Origin: Phoronis australis
Taxonomy: Eukaryota > Animalia > Phoronida
NCBI GenBank assembly: GCA_002633005.1
Contig: NMRA01000148.1
Coordinates: 310,001-374,000 of the forward strand
Reading direction: 5' to 3'
DNA length: 64,000 bases
Under the pieces are notes generated by a model. It did no database searches and had not been told where the DNA came from. It worked only from the letters and a program-made list of their open reading frames with translations. The translations under genes and the position numbers were made by a program. This document shows positions 1 to 11,925 of the stretch, piece after piece (positions within the stretch are counted from its first letter, which is position 1; each line of letters begins with the position of its first letter).

Positions 1-382
1 GGTGAGAAGGGAGCACGTTGAGACAAATTTCATAGCAGTAAGTTGTCAAAATCAAATGTTTGCTTCTTGGACAGAGCACAAGTATAGACTAATCAATTCG
101 CCCTCTGTAGTAGGGTCATCTCCTTTTTCGCAAGTGCTGAACACCTTTCGGATACCTGATGTTTTCAGCACCTCAATGGAGACAATCACTGAACAGCACC
201 TTCAGAATGGCAGCCTGCTTTGAATGGCTTGTAGCAAGGCCCATGTAGCCGCCGTAAGTTATGAAACCTAACTTTTCAACAGTGTAGAGAAAATCAAAGG
301 TTAACATCCAGATATAAACTTGAAATATGCCCAGAACATCACAGTAAAACAAATGCAAAAGAAGCGAATGCACAATCGCATT

Positions 383-641
383 TCAACCATGGTTCTCTTG
401 TTCCTTCTTCCTCCATTTTGTTTTTCTATGGGAATGATGCTTGTCACGACTGCTTTCACGTCTTGATCTGTCTTTCTTATGCTTATGTTTATGTTTGTGT
501 TTTTTACTTGTACTTTCACTTTCTGAATCACTTAATCGTCTCTTCTTGGACTTTTCTTTCTTATGTTTCCTTTTTTGACTGGACTTGCGCTCTTCTTCAT
601 CCGAGCTGCTAGAGTCGAGCATTGCTTTGAGTTGATTAACT
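383..641 (-). CDS. RP9: RP9/PAP-1-like protein, last coding exon (copy A)
   Basis: Acceptor ttttag at 642-643, phase 2. Encodes (R)VNQLKAMLDSSSSDEEERK...KKHKHKHKHKK...QENHG*, matching the RP9 C-terminus RIQQLKQLLEDSTSDED plus Lys/His-rich tail. Confidence 0.85.
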
Positions 642-1089
642 CTAAAAGTGCAAACACCATTGTTTAATATCTCGACAACAGCAAAAGTGTGTTTTTTCAT
701 AGTCCCCCATGCAAGAGTAGGACATTTTAAAAACAATTATTAACAGTGTTTTAGATGATAGTGTATAAAGCATAGTGTCTGAAAGGTTCATGTGAATACG
801 ATAAGCCATTCCTGAGATTTGATGTTCCCAAGTTAGTCACATTTTCTACATGATAAACTTGTCTTTCACTTTATTTTTAGTATGAGCTCCTCTTTTACTT
901 ACTAGTATGTTATTTTCTAATAATATATCCAAAAACTAAGCCCCCATTTCAGTGAAAGTAAATAGAGATTTACTCCTTAAATTGAGCAGGAGGCCCCTAT
1001 TTATTTTCAATAATAATGAGAATTCAACCTAGAGGTAACATTGGTGCATATCAAAGCTCAACATAGCACTAGAAATCACAAAATTTTTT

Positions 1090-1325
1090 AGTCTGGTCTG
1101 CACACCACCTATTGGTCACATCATGTGACCTAATGAACATAAGTCCGAAAAGATTTCTGCCGCCAACCGGGACTCGAATCCAGTGGTCGCGATGGCTCAG
1201 TGGCTAGAGCGTCTGCACGGATAGCAGAAGGTTCTGGGTTTGACCCCCGATCGGGGAAGAAATCGTTTCAGACTTATGTTCATTAGGTCATGTGATGTGC
1301 CCAATAGGTGGCACGAGACCAGACT
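1090..1325. mobile_element. Head-to-head pair of tRNA-derived SINEs forming an inverted repeat
   Basis: The + copy has an A box (tggctcagtggctag), a B-box-like gggtttgacccc and a body ending ...accagact. The same body lies in reverse at 1090-1181 with B box gggactcgaatcc. Second copy at about 3313-3523. Confidence 0.75.
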
Positions 1326-2042
1326 TAATCCTGTTTGTGATGTGCATTTCCAAACCAGTTTAAGATTTGCAATAGCATTTGAAAGTTCAGTCAGTGTTTG
1401 TACAAGTCTACAAATGCGGTGAAAAGTTAATGAACATAACTGAGCTCCTGTTTGGGACTGTTTCATGCAACCAGCCACAATGATCCATGTTTACATGACT
1501 TTGTCAATCAAATTTCAGCATGTAATACATAGGTACTTAATAGCAGAGTAATGTTCACATATTTCTGCATGAAACTCACTAATTCCTTGGACTGTCCTGC
1601 TTTTTTGAGTGTCACGATGTAAAAACAATCAAGGTGAAGGTTATGTCAAGGTCAGTCAGACAAACAGGTTCTCTTGCAACGGAAACTGGCAAATTCACTT
1701 TTTGTTGTAAACAGCAGTCAGATGGCAGCATTTTGTTCAAACTTCACAGCATGAATTAACAGTATGAGGGTTATGATCAGCACTTGCCATCACAGTTCGA
1801 GGGTTATGACCAGCACTTACCATCAAAGTTTGAGGGCTACTACGACTTATGGTGAGGAACTCTACACAAACTGACACAACTTGCCAATGGCTACTGGAAT
1901 TGTGCAAATGCAACAAAACAGTTCATTAGGAAAACATTCATCATAGAAACTGTTAGCCCTGGCAGAAATTAGGCTTTTTGGAAGCACTTACTTCATGTTA
2001 TTTCTACTGTGAACAATGCAGCATTGCTAAAAGCTAACTAAC

Positions 2043-2104
2043 CTCTCCTCTTTTTCTCTCCTCTTGGAATTAGCTATAAACTGGTACATGGGATCTTCAT
2101 GGGC
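2043..2104 (-). CDS. RP9: RP9-like exon (copy A): AHEDPMYQFIANSKRREKEE(R)
   Basis: ttgtag acceptor, gttagt donor, phase 0 to 2. Matches the RP9 motif AHEDPMYDIIRDNKRHEKDVR. Confidence 0.88.
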
Positions 2105-2764
2105 CTACAATCCACAAATTCAGTCTGACAATCATTTTTGTAGTTTTTTTGCTTTTCTTTTGACAATTATGACATGGCCAATTATTTTTACTTAAGTTGA
2201 CTGAAATTTGGGTCTAGAGTATTTTTAAAGTTATATTGCACTCCACATCGACGAGTCAAAATGGAGAACCCAAGAATGAAACAGTTTATTAATCCAACAA
2301 TGATGCCCAGGAGCTCCATTCCAACAAGATTTTTGTGAGGATTGCAAAATCAAATCAAAACAACCGCCGTTGTATGAAATATGGTATATTAAAGGCAATA
2401 GTCATGTTAATAGCAGTAAATATAACTTTAAATGAACAGTGTTAGGAGCACATCTCATGTCATTGGCCAGTAGCAATATCCATGGATTATGAGAACCAGT
2501 TAGATGCCTGCTACTCAGTGGATAAAACCAAGTCTTAAAATATGGGACCCATTTAAGTGACTACTATACCCACGTTTTTCTAAACTGATCCTTGATATGT
2601 GCCACCAGCATTAGGAAATGACTGCTGTACATGCACANNNNNNNNNNNNNNNNNNNNNNNNNNNNNNNNNNNNNNNNNNNNNNNNNNNNNNNNNNNNNNN
2701 NNNNNNNNNNNNNNNNNNNNNNNNNNNNNNNNNNNNNNNNNNNNNNNNNNNNNNNNNNNNNNNN

Positions 2765-2858
2765 GGACTTTTCTTTCTTATGTTTCCTTTTTTGACTGGA
2801 CTTGCGCTCTTCTTCATCCGAGCTGCTAGAGTCGAGCATTGCTTTGAGTTGATTAACT
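2765..2858 (-). CDS. RP9: RP9-like last exon, copy B (truncated by N gap)
   Basis: Same sequence as the start of the 383-641 exon; runs into Ns at 2764. Confidence 0.6.
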
Positions 2859-3980
2859 CTAAAAGTGCAAACACCATTGTTTAATATCTCCACAACAGCA
2901 AAAGTGTGTTTTTTCATAGTCCCCCATTCAAGAGTAGGACATTTTAAAAACAATTATTAACAACGTTTTGGATGACAGTGTATAAAGCATAGTGTCTGAA
3001 AGGTTCATAGGAATACGATTAGCCATTCCTGAGATTTGATGTTCCAAAGTTAGTCAAATTTTCTAAATGTTAAACTTGTCTTCCACTTTATTTTTAGTAT
3101 GAGCTCCTCTTTTACTTATTAGCATGTTATTTTCAAATAATATATCCAAAAACTAAGACCCCATTTCAGTGAAAGTAAGTAGGGATTTACTTCTTGAATT
3201 GAGTAGGAGGCCCCCATTTATTTTCAATAATAATGAGAATTCAACCTAGAGGTAATGTACTCTCGCTACATATCAAAGCTCAACATAGCATTAGAAAGCA
3301 CAAACATTTTTAAGTCTGGTCTGCACGCCACCTATTGGCCACATCACGTGACCTAATGAACATCAATCCGAAAAGATTTCCGCTTCCAACCGGGATTCGA
3401 ACCATGTTGGTCCTGATGGCTGAGTAGTCCTGGGTTTGACACCCGGTTGGGGGCAGATATCTTTTCAGACTTATGCTCATTAGGTCATGTGATGTGCCCA
3501 ATAGGTGGCGTGCAGACCAGACTTAAAAATGTTTGCGATCTATATTTCCACTCCAGTTTAAGATTTACATATACACCATTAGAAAGTTCAATCAGTATTT
3601 GTACAAGTCTACAAATGCGTGAAAAGTTACTGAACATAATTGAGCCCCTATTTGAGACTGTTTCACGCAACCAGCCACAATGGTCCATGTTTACCTGATT
3701 TTGTCAATCAAATTTCAGCATGCAATAAATAGGTTCTCGATAGCAGAGTGTTTTTCACATATTCCTGCATGAAACTCATTAATTCCTTAGACTGTCCTAC
3801 TTTTTTGAGTGTCAGGATGTAGAAACAATCAAGGTGAAGGTTATGTCAAGGTCAGTCAGACAAATAGCTCTCTTGCAACAGAAATTGGCAAATTCACTTT
3901 TTGTTGTAAACAGCATCACTTTTTGTGTAAACAGCAGTCAGATGGCAGCATTTTGTTCAAACATCATAGCATGAATTGAC

Positions 3981-4232
3981 AGTATGAGGGTTATGATCAG
4001 CACTTACCACCACAGTATGAGTGTTATGATCAGCACTTACCATAACAGTTTGCGGGTTATGATCAGCACTTACCATCACAGTTTAAAGGTTATGATCAGC
4101 ACTTACCATCACAGTTTGAGGGCTATGATCAGCATTTACCATCACAGTTTGAGGGTTATGATCAGCATCAGCATTTACCATCACAGTTTGAGGGTTATGA
4201 CCAGCACATACCATCACAGTTTGAGGGTTACT
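3981..4232. repeat. 33-bp minisatellite (gagggttatgatcagcacttaccatcacagttt), about 7.5 units
   Basis: Tandem units visible directly. Copy A has only about 2.5 units at 1762-1840. Confidence 0.9.
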
Positions 4233-4427
4233 ACGACTTATGGTGAGGAACTCTACACAAACTGACACAACTTGTCGATGGGTACTGGAATTGTGCAAAT
4301 GCAATAGTTCTTTAGGAAAACATTCATCATAAAAACTGTTAGCCCTGGCAGAAATTAGGCTTTTTGGAAGCAATTACTTCACATTATTTCTATTATGAAC
4401 AATGCAGCATTGCTGAAGCTAACTAAC

Positions 4428-4489
4428 CTCTCCTCTTTTTCTCTCCTCTTGGAATTAGCTATAAACTGGTACATGGGATCTTCATGGGC
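4428..4489 (-). CDS. RP9: RP9-like exon (copy B): AHEDPMYQFIANSKRREKEE(R)
   Basis: Same 62-nt exon and splice sites as 2043-2104. Confidence 0.85.
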
Positions 4490-5930
4490 CTACAATCCAC
4501 AGATACAGTCAATCATTTTTGTAGTTTTTTGCTTTTTTGACAAGTATGACATGGCCAATTATTTTTACTTAAGTTGACTGAAATTTGGGTCTAGAGTATT
4601 TTTAAAGTTATATTGCACTCCACATCAACGAGTCAAAATGGCGAACCCAAAAATGAAACAGTTTATTAATCCAACAATGATGCCCAGGAGCTCCATTCCA
4701 ACAAGATTTTTGTGAGGATTGCAAAATCAAATCAAAACAACCACCGTTGTATGAAATATGGTATATTAAAGGCAATAGTCATGTTAATAGCAGTAAATAT
4801 AACTTTAAATGAACAGTGTTAGGAGCACACCTCATGTCATTGGCCAGTAGCAATAGCCATGTATTCTAAGAACCAGTTAGATGCCTGCTACTCAGTGGAT
4901 AAAACCAAGTCTTAAAATACGGGACCCATTTAAGTGACTACTATACCCACGTTTTTCTAAACTGATCCTTGATATGTGCCACCAGCATTAGGAAATGACC
5001 GCTGTACATGCACATAAGCACGGCCATGCAAAACAATTTTTTTCTCAAACAAAATTATTTTGTACTCCAGTATTTCACATGTGCCCAAGTTTAACTTTTA
5101 GGAGCAGGCGTCTATCCCTGGTAAATGAGCATGTCTTAAACTAGGATTTGTTAATTTTTTGTTTATTCGCAGCAACTTCAACAATTAAAGTGGCAGGTGT
5201 TCCATCAAAGAAACTAACATTTGATTCTGACACCAAGCTCAGCAAAGAAATTGTTCTAAACTTGTTCCTCACTCTAATGAGATGCGATTTTTTGGACTTG
5301 GAAAGAACTGACAGTTCACTATTCGTTGAGCTCCACGAATAAAATGACATGTAGTGACAAGTGAACCTGTGTAGCCTGGTCACAAGTAATAACCAACTGT
5401 CCATTCTTTACAAAACCAGAAATCACATTTAATTTGACCAAGGAACAACTCAAGACCAATTTCAAAGTGGTAAGTGGTCTAAGACAAAAGCTGTTTTTCT
5501 GCAACAGAAAAAAGGTTTATAGTTTCTTTAGAGAGTACAGATCTAACATTATGTAACCGACAAATCAAGTTTCATTCATATAATAATAAAAATTGCATGT
5601 TTTAACTCAAGTGTTCCCCATATAGCCACATGAGCCCAACTGCAGATATTGGCACAGCTTCATATTTAGGTGTATCGTTTTAATCAGAGGGTCTCGACAT
5701 GGATAGCCAACTATTTACAGCTATATGTCTATGCATCTTTGAATGACAGGAAATTTTTTTGAATGACATAAAAAACCACTTATCGTCACCTCATCAGTTA
5801 TGAATTTTTGATTTTCAAACATGACACTTGTTAGTCAGTTTGGCGCCCATGGGCACTTGTTATCATCATGCATGGAAATCATTTTCAGCTTCAAAAATTT
5901 TACACGCTGCTTAGAACAGGAAGTGTTTAC

Positions 5931-6025
5931 CGTTATAAAACTTTCGGGTAATGCTCTTTCACCTCTTCCATAGTAAGGACAACTTTTATCACCAGCGCTG
6001 TGCTTCGTAGATAAACACCGCTTAC
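5931..6025 (-). CDS. RP9: RP9-like zinc-knuckle exon: (C)KRCLSTKHSAGDKSCPYYGRGERALPESFIT
   Basis: ttcatag acceptor, gtaaac donor, phase 1 to 0. CX2CX4HX6C aligns to RP9 CWRCKRYGHRTGDKECP. Confidence 0.85.
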
Positions 6026-6370
6026 CTATGAATTGAAAAAGCGAACAATTATGAACAAAAAACACAAGCATATCTGATGTCTTATGCTGGAAGTTCAGTA
6101 TCACACTTCCTTGAGGGTCGTAGATCTAGGCAAATATTTCGTGAAATTTGAAAACTTTGAAAGAAGACCCTGAGTTTTTGTCAGTTTGGAGCTTTTCCAT
6201 TGTTGAGAACAGTATTGTGGGAAATGGAGGTAAAGGAGTTTGCAAGGAATGTATTTTGGAACAGGATTTTGAATTGAACGGAATCCTTAAAATCGCTCCC
6301 AGTGCTTACGTATCAACAATTTCTATTATTCTACAGGCGTGATGAGAACTGGACACAACATAATCATAAC

Positions 6371-6522
6371 CACTGGTGTAGCCATTGAGGAGGGGGAACA
6401 AAAGGTCATGGTTCCCTCGTTCATCACAAAAAGTCCACCCCCTATCAAACACTCATTCCAACCATGGTCACCAACAATTTTCCACTTGGAACTGTTGAAC
6501 ATCTCTTCTGGCTATGCCAGTG
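6371..6522. mobile_element. hAT-like MITE (152 bp)
   Basis: TIRs cactggtgtagcca / tggctatgccagtg; imperfect 8-bp flanking duplication atcataac / atcatttc. Confidence 0.7.
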
Positions 6523-6677
6523 ATCATTTCTAAATCTTATCTCAACATCAATAGGCAGCTCTACAATATACATCAGTCATGCTTAATTTGATTTCATGAA
6601 CTATTCAGTAAAAAGGACATCTATTTTTTACAAAAGCAAGAATCATGTACATATCACGAAATAAACTTGATACAAAC

Positions 6678-6735
6678 ATTTCTTGTCCCTTTCTTCTCGT
6701 GCTTTCCCAAATGGCATCTCGGCACCAAAGTAGAC
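6678..6735 (-). CDS. RP9: RP9-like exon VYFGAEMPFGKAREERDKK(C); possible start ATG at 6717
   Basis: atttag acceptor, gtttgt donor in phase 1 joining the zinc-knuckle exon. MPFGK corresponds to RP9 MPLGK. Confidence 0.7.
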
Positions 6736-8393
6736 CTAAATATAAAACAGTCGATGAAACTAACTCTGTTGGCATTAGTAAAGTTGCTAGTACATCATAG
6801 CAAATAATAACTTGTTAAAAGGTTGATATAAACAAAACTGGAGAATACCTATAAGAGAGTGATTATGAAACAGCCAGTAGTGTGTTCACAGCACTTATCC
6901 TCTGGAGTACTCTTCAACATAATGAGGATAGAAAGATGGAACTACACATTCAAAATCTATATTCATTGTAGTTTCTAGGGACTCTGGCAAGTCGGACGGA
7001 CCTAAATATCGGATGTTTTTATAAAATCTTACTGACGCACACTCTGAGAAATAAATGACATCAGTTTTTGTACTGCTGTGATGCATTCAATCTCTGGCAC
7101 TGTCTTGTTTTTATGGCATTGCCTCGTTTTATTTTCATTGAGAGAGGGTGCAATTTAGACCCCAAGTTGGCCTAAAATGGACGATCGTATAAATCTGTTA
7201 TAAAAGATGAAAACAAAATCTTTTTCCACAATGAAATCATCTCAATGAAATGACAATCCATCACTGTTTCATTTTTCATTTGTTTTTAAATTCAAGTCAA
7301 ACCCCAACCGCGCACGTGCGGGTGTCATATCAAGAAGGCAGACACTAAAGACTGCAGCGAGATTGCACGTGTTTTAGTCTTCTGCACTGATTCATCGAAA
7401 CAACTTAGTGCAGTCATCAGATTACATTTTGTGGATAATTTTGTGTTCTAGCAGTAAATATATCAAACACACGAGCTGCAATATTTGATGACAAGGTGCC
7501 TGCGGCCATAACTTGGTTATTCAGTTTGCCGCAGTGTATTGTATGCACATACATGGTGTCCCATATTAAGGTTCTCCGAGGATTTACAAGTTGTGGTTTT
7601 TAAAGATCAGTCAGAACATAAATATGGCTTTTGTATGGGCGGCACACCACAGGGGGCAGCACTGGTCCATGGGCGATACACCATGGGGGGCTGGGGGGCT
7701 AAAGCCCCCCCACTTTTTCAGCGCTAGTAACAGTATCAGAACAATTCCGTAAAAGTAAGTCTAAATTTCAGTAAAGAATTTACAACAACCCGTATTATTT
7801 CATGCACACAACCAGGGGGGGGCTCGAACGAGCTCCCCCCCAATTTGGTGATGTGGGCAAAAAGGTCTGCCTCAGACAAAGAAAAGGTTCGAAAAAGTAG
7901 AAAAACGAAAGAAACGTTCACTAAAAACGCAGGAACTACCAAAATTCGCCAAATGCACAATTCATATATATGTATATACAGCTTTGTACCAAGTCCAAGG
8001 CTAGGTACAAAGGCTACAAAGCTGTATACATACTAAAGTCTTCATACAGCTAGCTGGCTGGCTACACAATTCATAGCTCTGAACGCACCCCGTATTTTTT
8101 CAATAAAAGGTCCACATTCTCAAAAATTCGAACCCCCTTATTTTTAGGGTTGGGTGAGAGCATGTACTTCCAATTAAATTTAGGCCTAATGCAAAATGTG
8201 CCATAAGTCAAAACGTCCGACTCGTATTTAGCCGATAGCCAGGTTGCTTGACTGTGCAGCCCAGGCGTCCCTGCTCTGGTTTTTAGAATCTTCATCATCA
8301 AGATATACTTATACAGTAGGCGCTGTGTTCCGCTCAGTAATTTAGGTTTTTGCGTAATGCTTACAGGGAATTGGTTAAATTAACGACACAAAC

Positions 8394-8465
8394 CTTGAAG
8401 AATTCAACCAACACTCAACAACAGAACTTCAATAAATCCGCCATTTTGCTAGGCGTGACATCTGG
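8394..8465 (-). promoter_or_regulatory. Putative promoter / non-coding first exon of the RP9-like gene, with YY1 motif and short uORF
   Basis: aaaATGGCGG YY1-type motif (8438-8447) in a CpG-richer patch, uORF MADLLKFCC* (8444-8415) and donor CAAG|gtttgt at 8393. Confidence 0.45.
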
Positions 8466-8769
8466 CGGACGACTGTGTAATAAGTTCGCTGATTCGGCAT
8501 TCTTGACCGCAGGCAGTAAGTGAATAAAATAAATATGCCTAAAACGTTTATTTTACATCGGTGTGGTAGAAACAACAAAACAGAACCAGCACAAGTGCTA
8601 GTTTCCGTTGATGTCCTTACAACTGGAACAAATACTCCCGTAATTAAACTTTTTTTCGAGCACATCGGCAACTGGTCATTTTACTGCAGGCGACTTGGTA
8701 AACGTGCCAGACGTGCGCAGGCCACCGATGTGCACTGATCACCTGGAACCATTTTTATGCATGCTTTAT

Positions 8770-8903
8770 AATTATATAGTTATAGTTAAACAGAACTGAG
8801 GGCTAGAGACCTCACTTAACAGTCTAACAGTGTGCCTCACTGGGACTCGAACCCACGACCTTGTGTAAAAAAGCGCACACTTATCCTTCTTGGCCACACT
8901 GCC
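8770..8903 (-). mobile_element. tRNA-derived SINE
   Basis: Minus strand reads ggcagtgtggccaagaaggataag (A box) ... gggttcgagtccc (B box), then a non-tRNA body and an AT-rich tail. No intact cloverleaf. Confidence 0.65.
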
Positions 8904-10748
8904 TCCTCCTTATAAAAACATAACTTGCATTTTATTATTTTTAAATAGTTAACTGCCAATAATGCACCCGACAACAACTGGTGCATGTGTTTGCTGCTAA
9001 CTCTCGGGAAGCAGTAGTCTACGGTAGCCTACATGGTCAGAATTTGTACGTTAAGACATTTTCCTTAAGTTCATTTTACACAGTGCAAAATGAGCGGCCT
9101 TCAGAGAGTGAAGTGCCCTGGTCCCCTAAAATGTCAAATCAGACACTGATCCGACCGCACTCCTCTTATAGACCCTTGAGTCAGATCTCTAGCTCCTCAG
9201 GTTGGTCTTAATTTGTGTATATGTCTTCATGAGTTATGAGTTTGTAACGAAAAATGGATTCACGGAGATGTTTGGTGTACGTCTGGTGCAACATGCATCA
9301 GACCACTTGCACTATTTTTGTTTTCTAGAAAACAGTTATTAATCTCTCTATTTTGAGTAAAAAACTTATAGCTGCCTGACCGAACAAGCGATTGACATGC
9401 CGATCAAAAGCTCCGCCTCACTCATTTTCACACTAATGCCGTTTTTAAGTTCACGACTTCTAGTCGGCTTGACCTAAATTAGCGCTGCGTGGCTGTCGTT
9501 TTTCAAAAAAGAGCGTTGAATTTTATTCCATTTCGAAACGGAGTGCAAAGTTCAAATGTGTCCTCTCAAAAGAGAAATGAATTAAATAATGAATTACTGA
9601 GTGAAAAAAAATGAAATTCATTTGCTCTTTCAAAAAGGATCAAAATTTTTTTTAAAAAGCCGGCAAGAGAACTTTTAAAACACTCAAGTGTTAAAAAACG
9701 TTGGTGCAAACGGAGCATTTTGCTTTATTATCAAGTCTTGACTTCTTAGAAGTCAACCATTTTGAGGTGGTGGTGTAATAACAATTTCTAAAATTGGGAG
9801 AAATGGCCGTCCGAAACGTCGTACCTGAGAGCTTGGTATAGATAGACTAGCAGATTTTAGAAATGATGTTATCAAGACTTCTCATAATTTTAGGAACACC
9901 TCCAAAGTTTGGTTTGGCAGACATTAAAATTTGTCAAATTTGTTTCGATTCCTCGAGGTTCGTTCCGATTGCCAGAAAAAACGATTGTCAATAGAGGACG
10001 CTGCAACCGTTGTTGAACTCTCGAGAAAAAAAGTTATGCTAATATATTCAAAAAGAACGAAGGGGCGTGGTCCTTGTGGTGTTTTTTATCCCATATTTCC
10101 CCTTCCAAATTAAAGAATTTGTGATTATTTTATAATATCAGGTATACATTTATGCAGTATATGGCATAACTTCTGAGAAAATCACCTCCTTCCGTTTGCA
10201 ATTTCACCTCACAGGGTTAAAATATGGTTTTGAGCCCAGGTTATTAAGCTCAGATTTGAATTTCTAAAATTTGGAGATTGTCCTCTGTACCATTCGTGAG
10301 CGCCAGCGTAACGAGACCTTTTGCGAGATAAACACCAATGAAAATTCATTGGTCCAGTTCCTTTGGAGTCATGGTGCTAACCTGCTACTGCACTGCAGGA
10401 ATTCTCCTGGGGCCTCATGATGGTTTTCCTCGAGCAAGGCGACTGAGTTTATGTATCGAGATGGCGATTTTGTCCCACCTCCCCTGATCAGTTGGGAAAC
10501 CACAAGTGGTCTATTCAAGCTACGACCTTATGAAGTCATCGACCTTGTTATCCGGTTAACCGTGGATTTTATATAAAGCCCGTACGTTTAAACCATTAAC
10601 TATCACAACTCGTTAAATAAAGAATGGCCACCGGTGACGACTAAGAAGTGCGGGTGATGGTCAGATAACGTTATTTTCATTCAGCTTTCGATAAATAGGA
10701 CACGTGCTTAATATCGGACAGTTCCCAAGTATCAGGTTTACTGCACAG

Positions 10749-10758
10749 CCTTATATGG
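10749..10758. promoter_or_regulatory. CArG box (SRF site) upstream of junctophilin
   Basis: Perfect CC(A/T)6GG, CCTTATATGG, about 770 bp upstream of the ATG. Confidence 0.45.
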
Positions 10759-11505
10759 ACGGATCCTACGTATGTACACTCGAAGCCTCGCATCTTCTCG
10801 CAGAGGCTTGCATTAATTTATCCGGTAATATGATTGAGTCGAGCTGCGCTTGATTGATGTAAAGGCTCCATTCGTTATATTCCTGGCCGTCTGAGCGTGT
10901 GAGCCACCGCCGGTATCACCGATCGATATGCAGAGTTAAGCGTACATCTCTCCGTGCAACAACACAATAATTTTAGCCAGACAAGACAATGAGCTAAAAA
11001 TGTGCTTTCGCTGATTTCAATGGACTTGCTGTGTTCTTTCTCCATCTAGGTGCATCGAAGTTACAAGTTTTACTCTCGTCTCTGGAAACAATATCGTATC
11101 GAAAATCGACGCAGAGCGACGTTCTTGAAAGATGTTTGTCAAATTACCTGCGGCTTCAAGTAAATGGATTTTATCATCTAATATTACGATAACCATTTGA
11201 TGAACTGCCATGCGACGAGTTCCTCGGGCCAAGGATGGATAACATATATTACTGACAAGCACAACTTCTATGTCCAATAAACAACGCTCGCGGTCCGCCA
11301 ATACACATTTCGTTGCGGTGAATACCGCATAGGAAACCAACCATTCGTGCACACAGCGTGGACTCTATTGAGCAAGGATAGCCCTGTGCAATAACAAGGA
11401 CGTCAAGTCGTTGAAAAGCATTCGTTTTCGCACATCTAGCACGTTGTGTCCGTTGGTTTATGTAGGATGGAGATCTTACGCTCTCTTTAGTGTAAAACAA
11501 TATAA

Positions 11506-11925
<420 letters not shown>

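Larger units (their letters stand above)
548..2637. repeat. Direct duplication, copy A (pairs with 2765-5014), ends at N gap 2638-2764
   Basis: Sequence from ggacttttctttc (548) to gtacatgcaca (2637) recurs at 2765-5014 with scattered substitutions and indels. Confidence 0.9.
2765..5014. repeat. Direct duplication, copy B (probably the second haplotype of 548-2637)
   Basis: Colinear with copy A (offset 2217 at the start); begins immediately after the N gap. Confidence 0.9.

Noticed and set aside
1183-1260. tRNA gene-like sequence (also at 8830-8903 and 42490-42552)
   Set aside because: A and B boxes are present but acceptor and anticodon stems do not pair, and the sequence continues into repeat bodies: SINE or MITE parts, not tRNAs.
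3984-4373. Repetitive ORFs (VMISTYHHSLR)n
   Set aside because: Translation of the intronic 33-bp minisatellite.
6895-7200. Candidate upstream RP9 exons (SVRFYKN...ECVVPSFY; PEIECITAVQ; LYDRP)
   Set aside because: Only vague similarity, in-frame stops, and no convincing donor in the phase needed to join the 6735 acceptor; the best-looking site reads G|ATAAGT.
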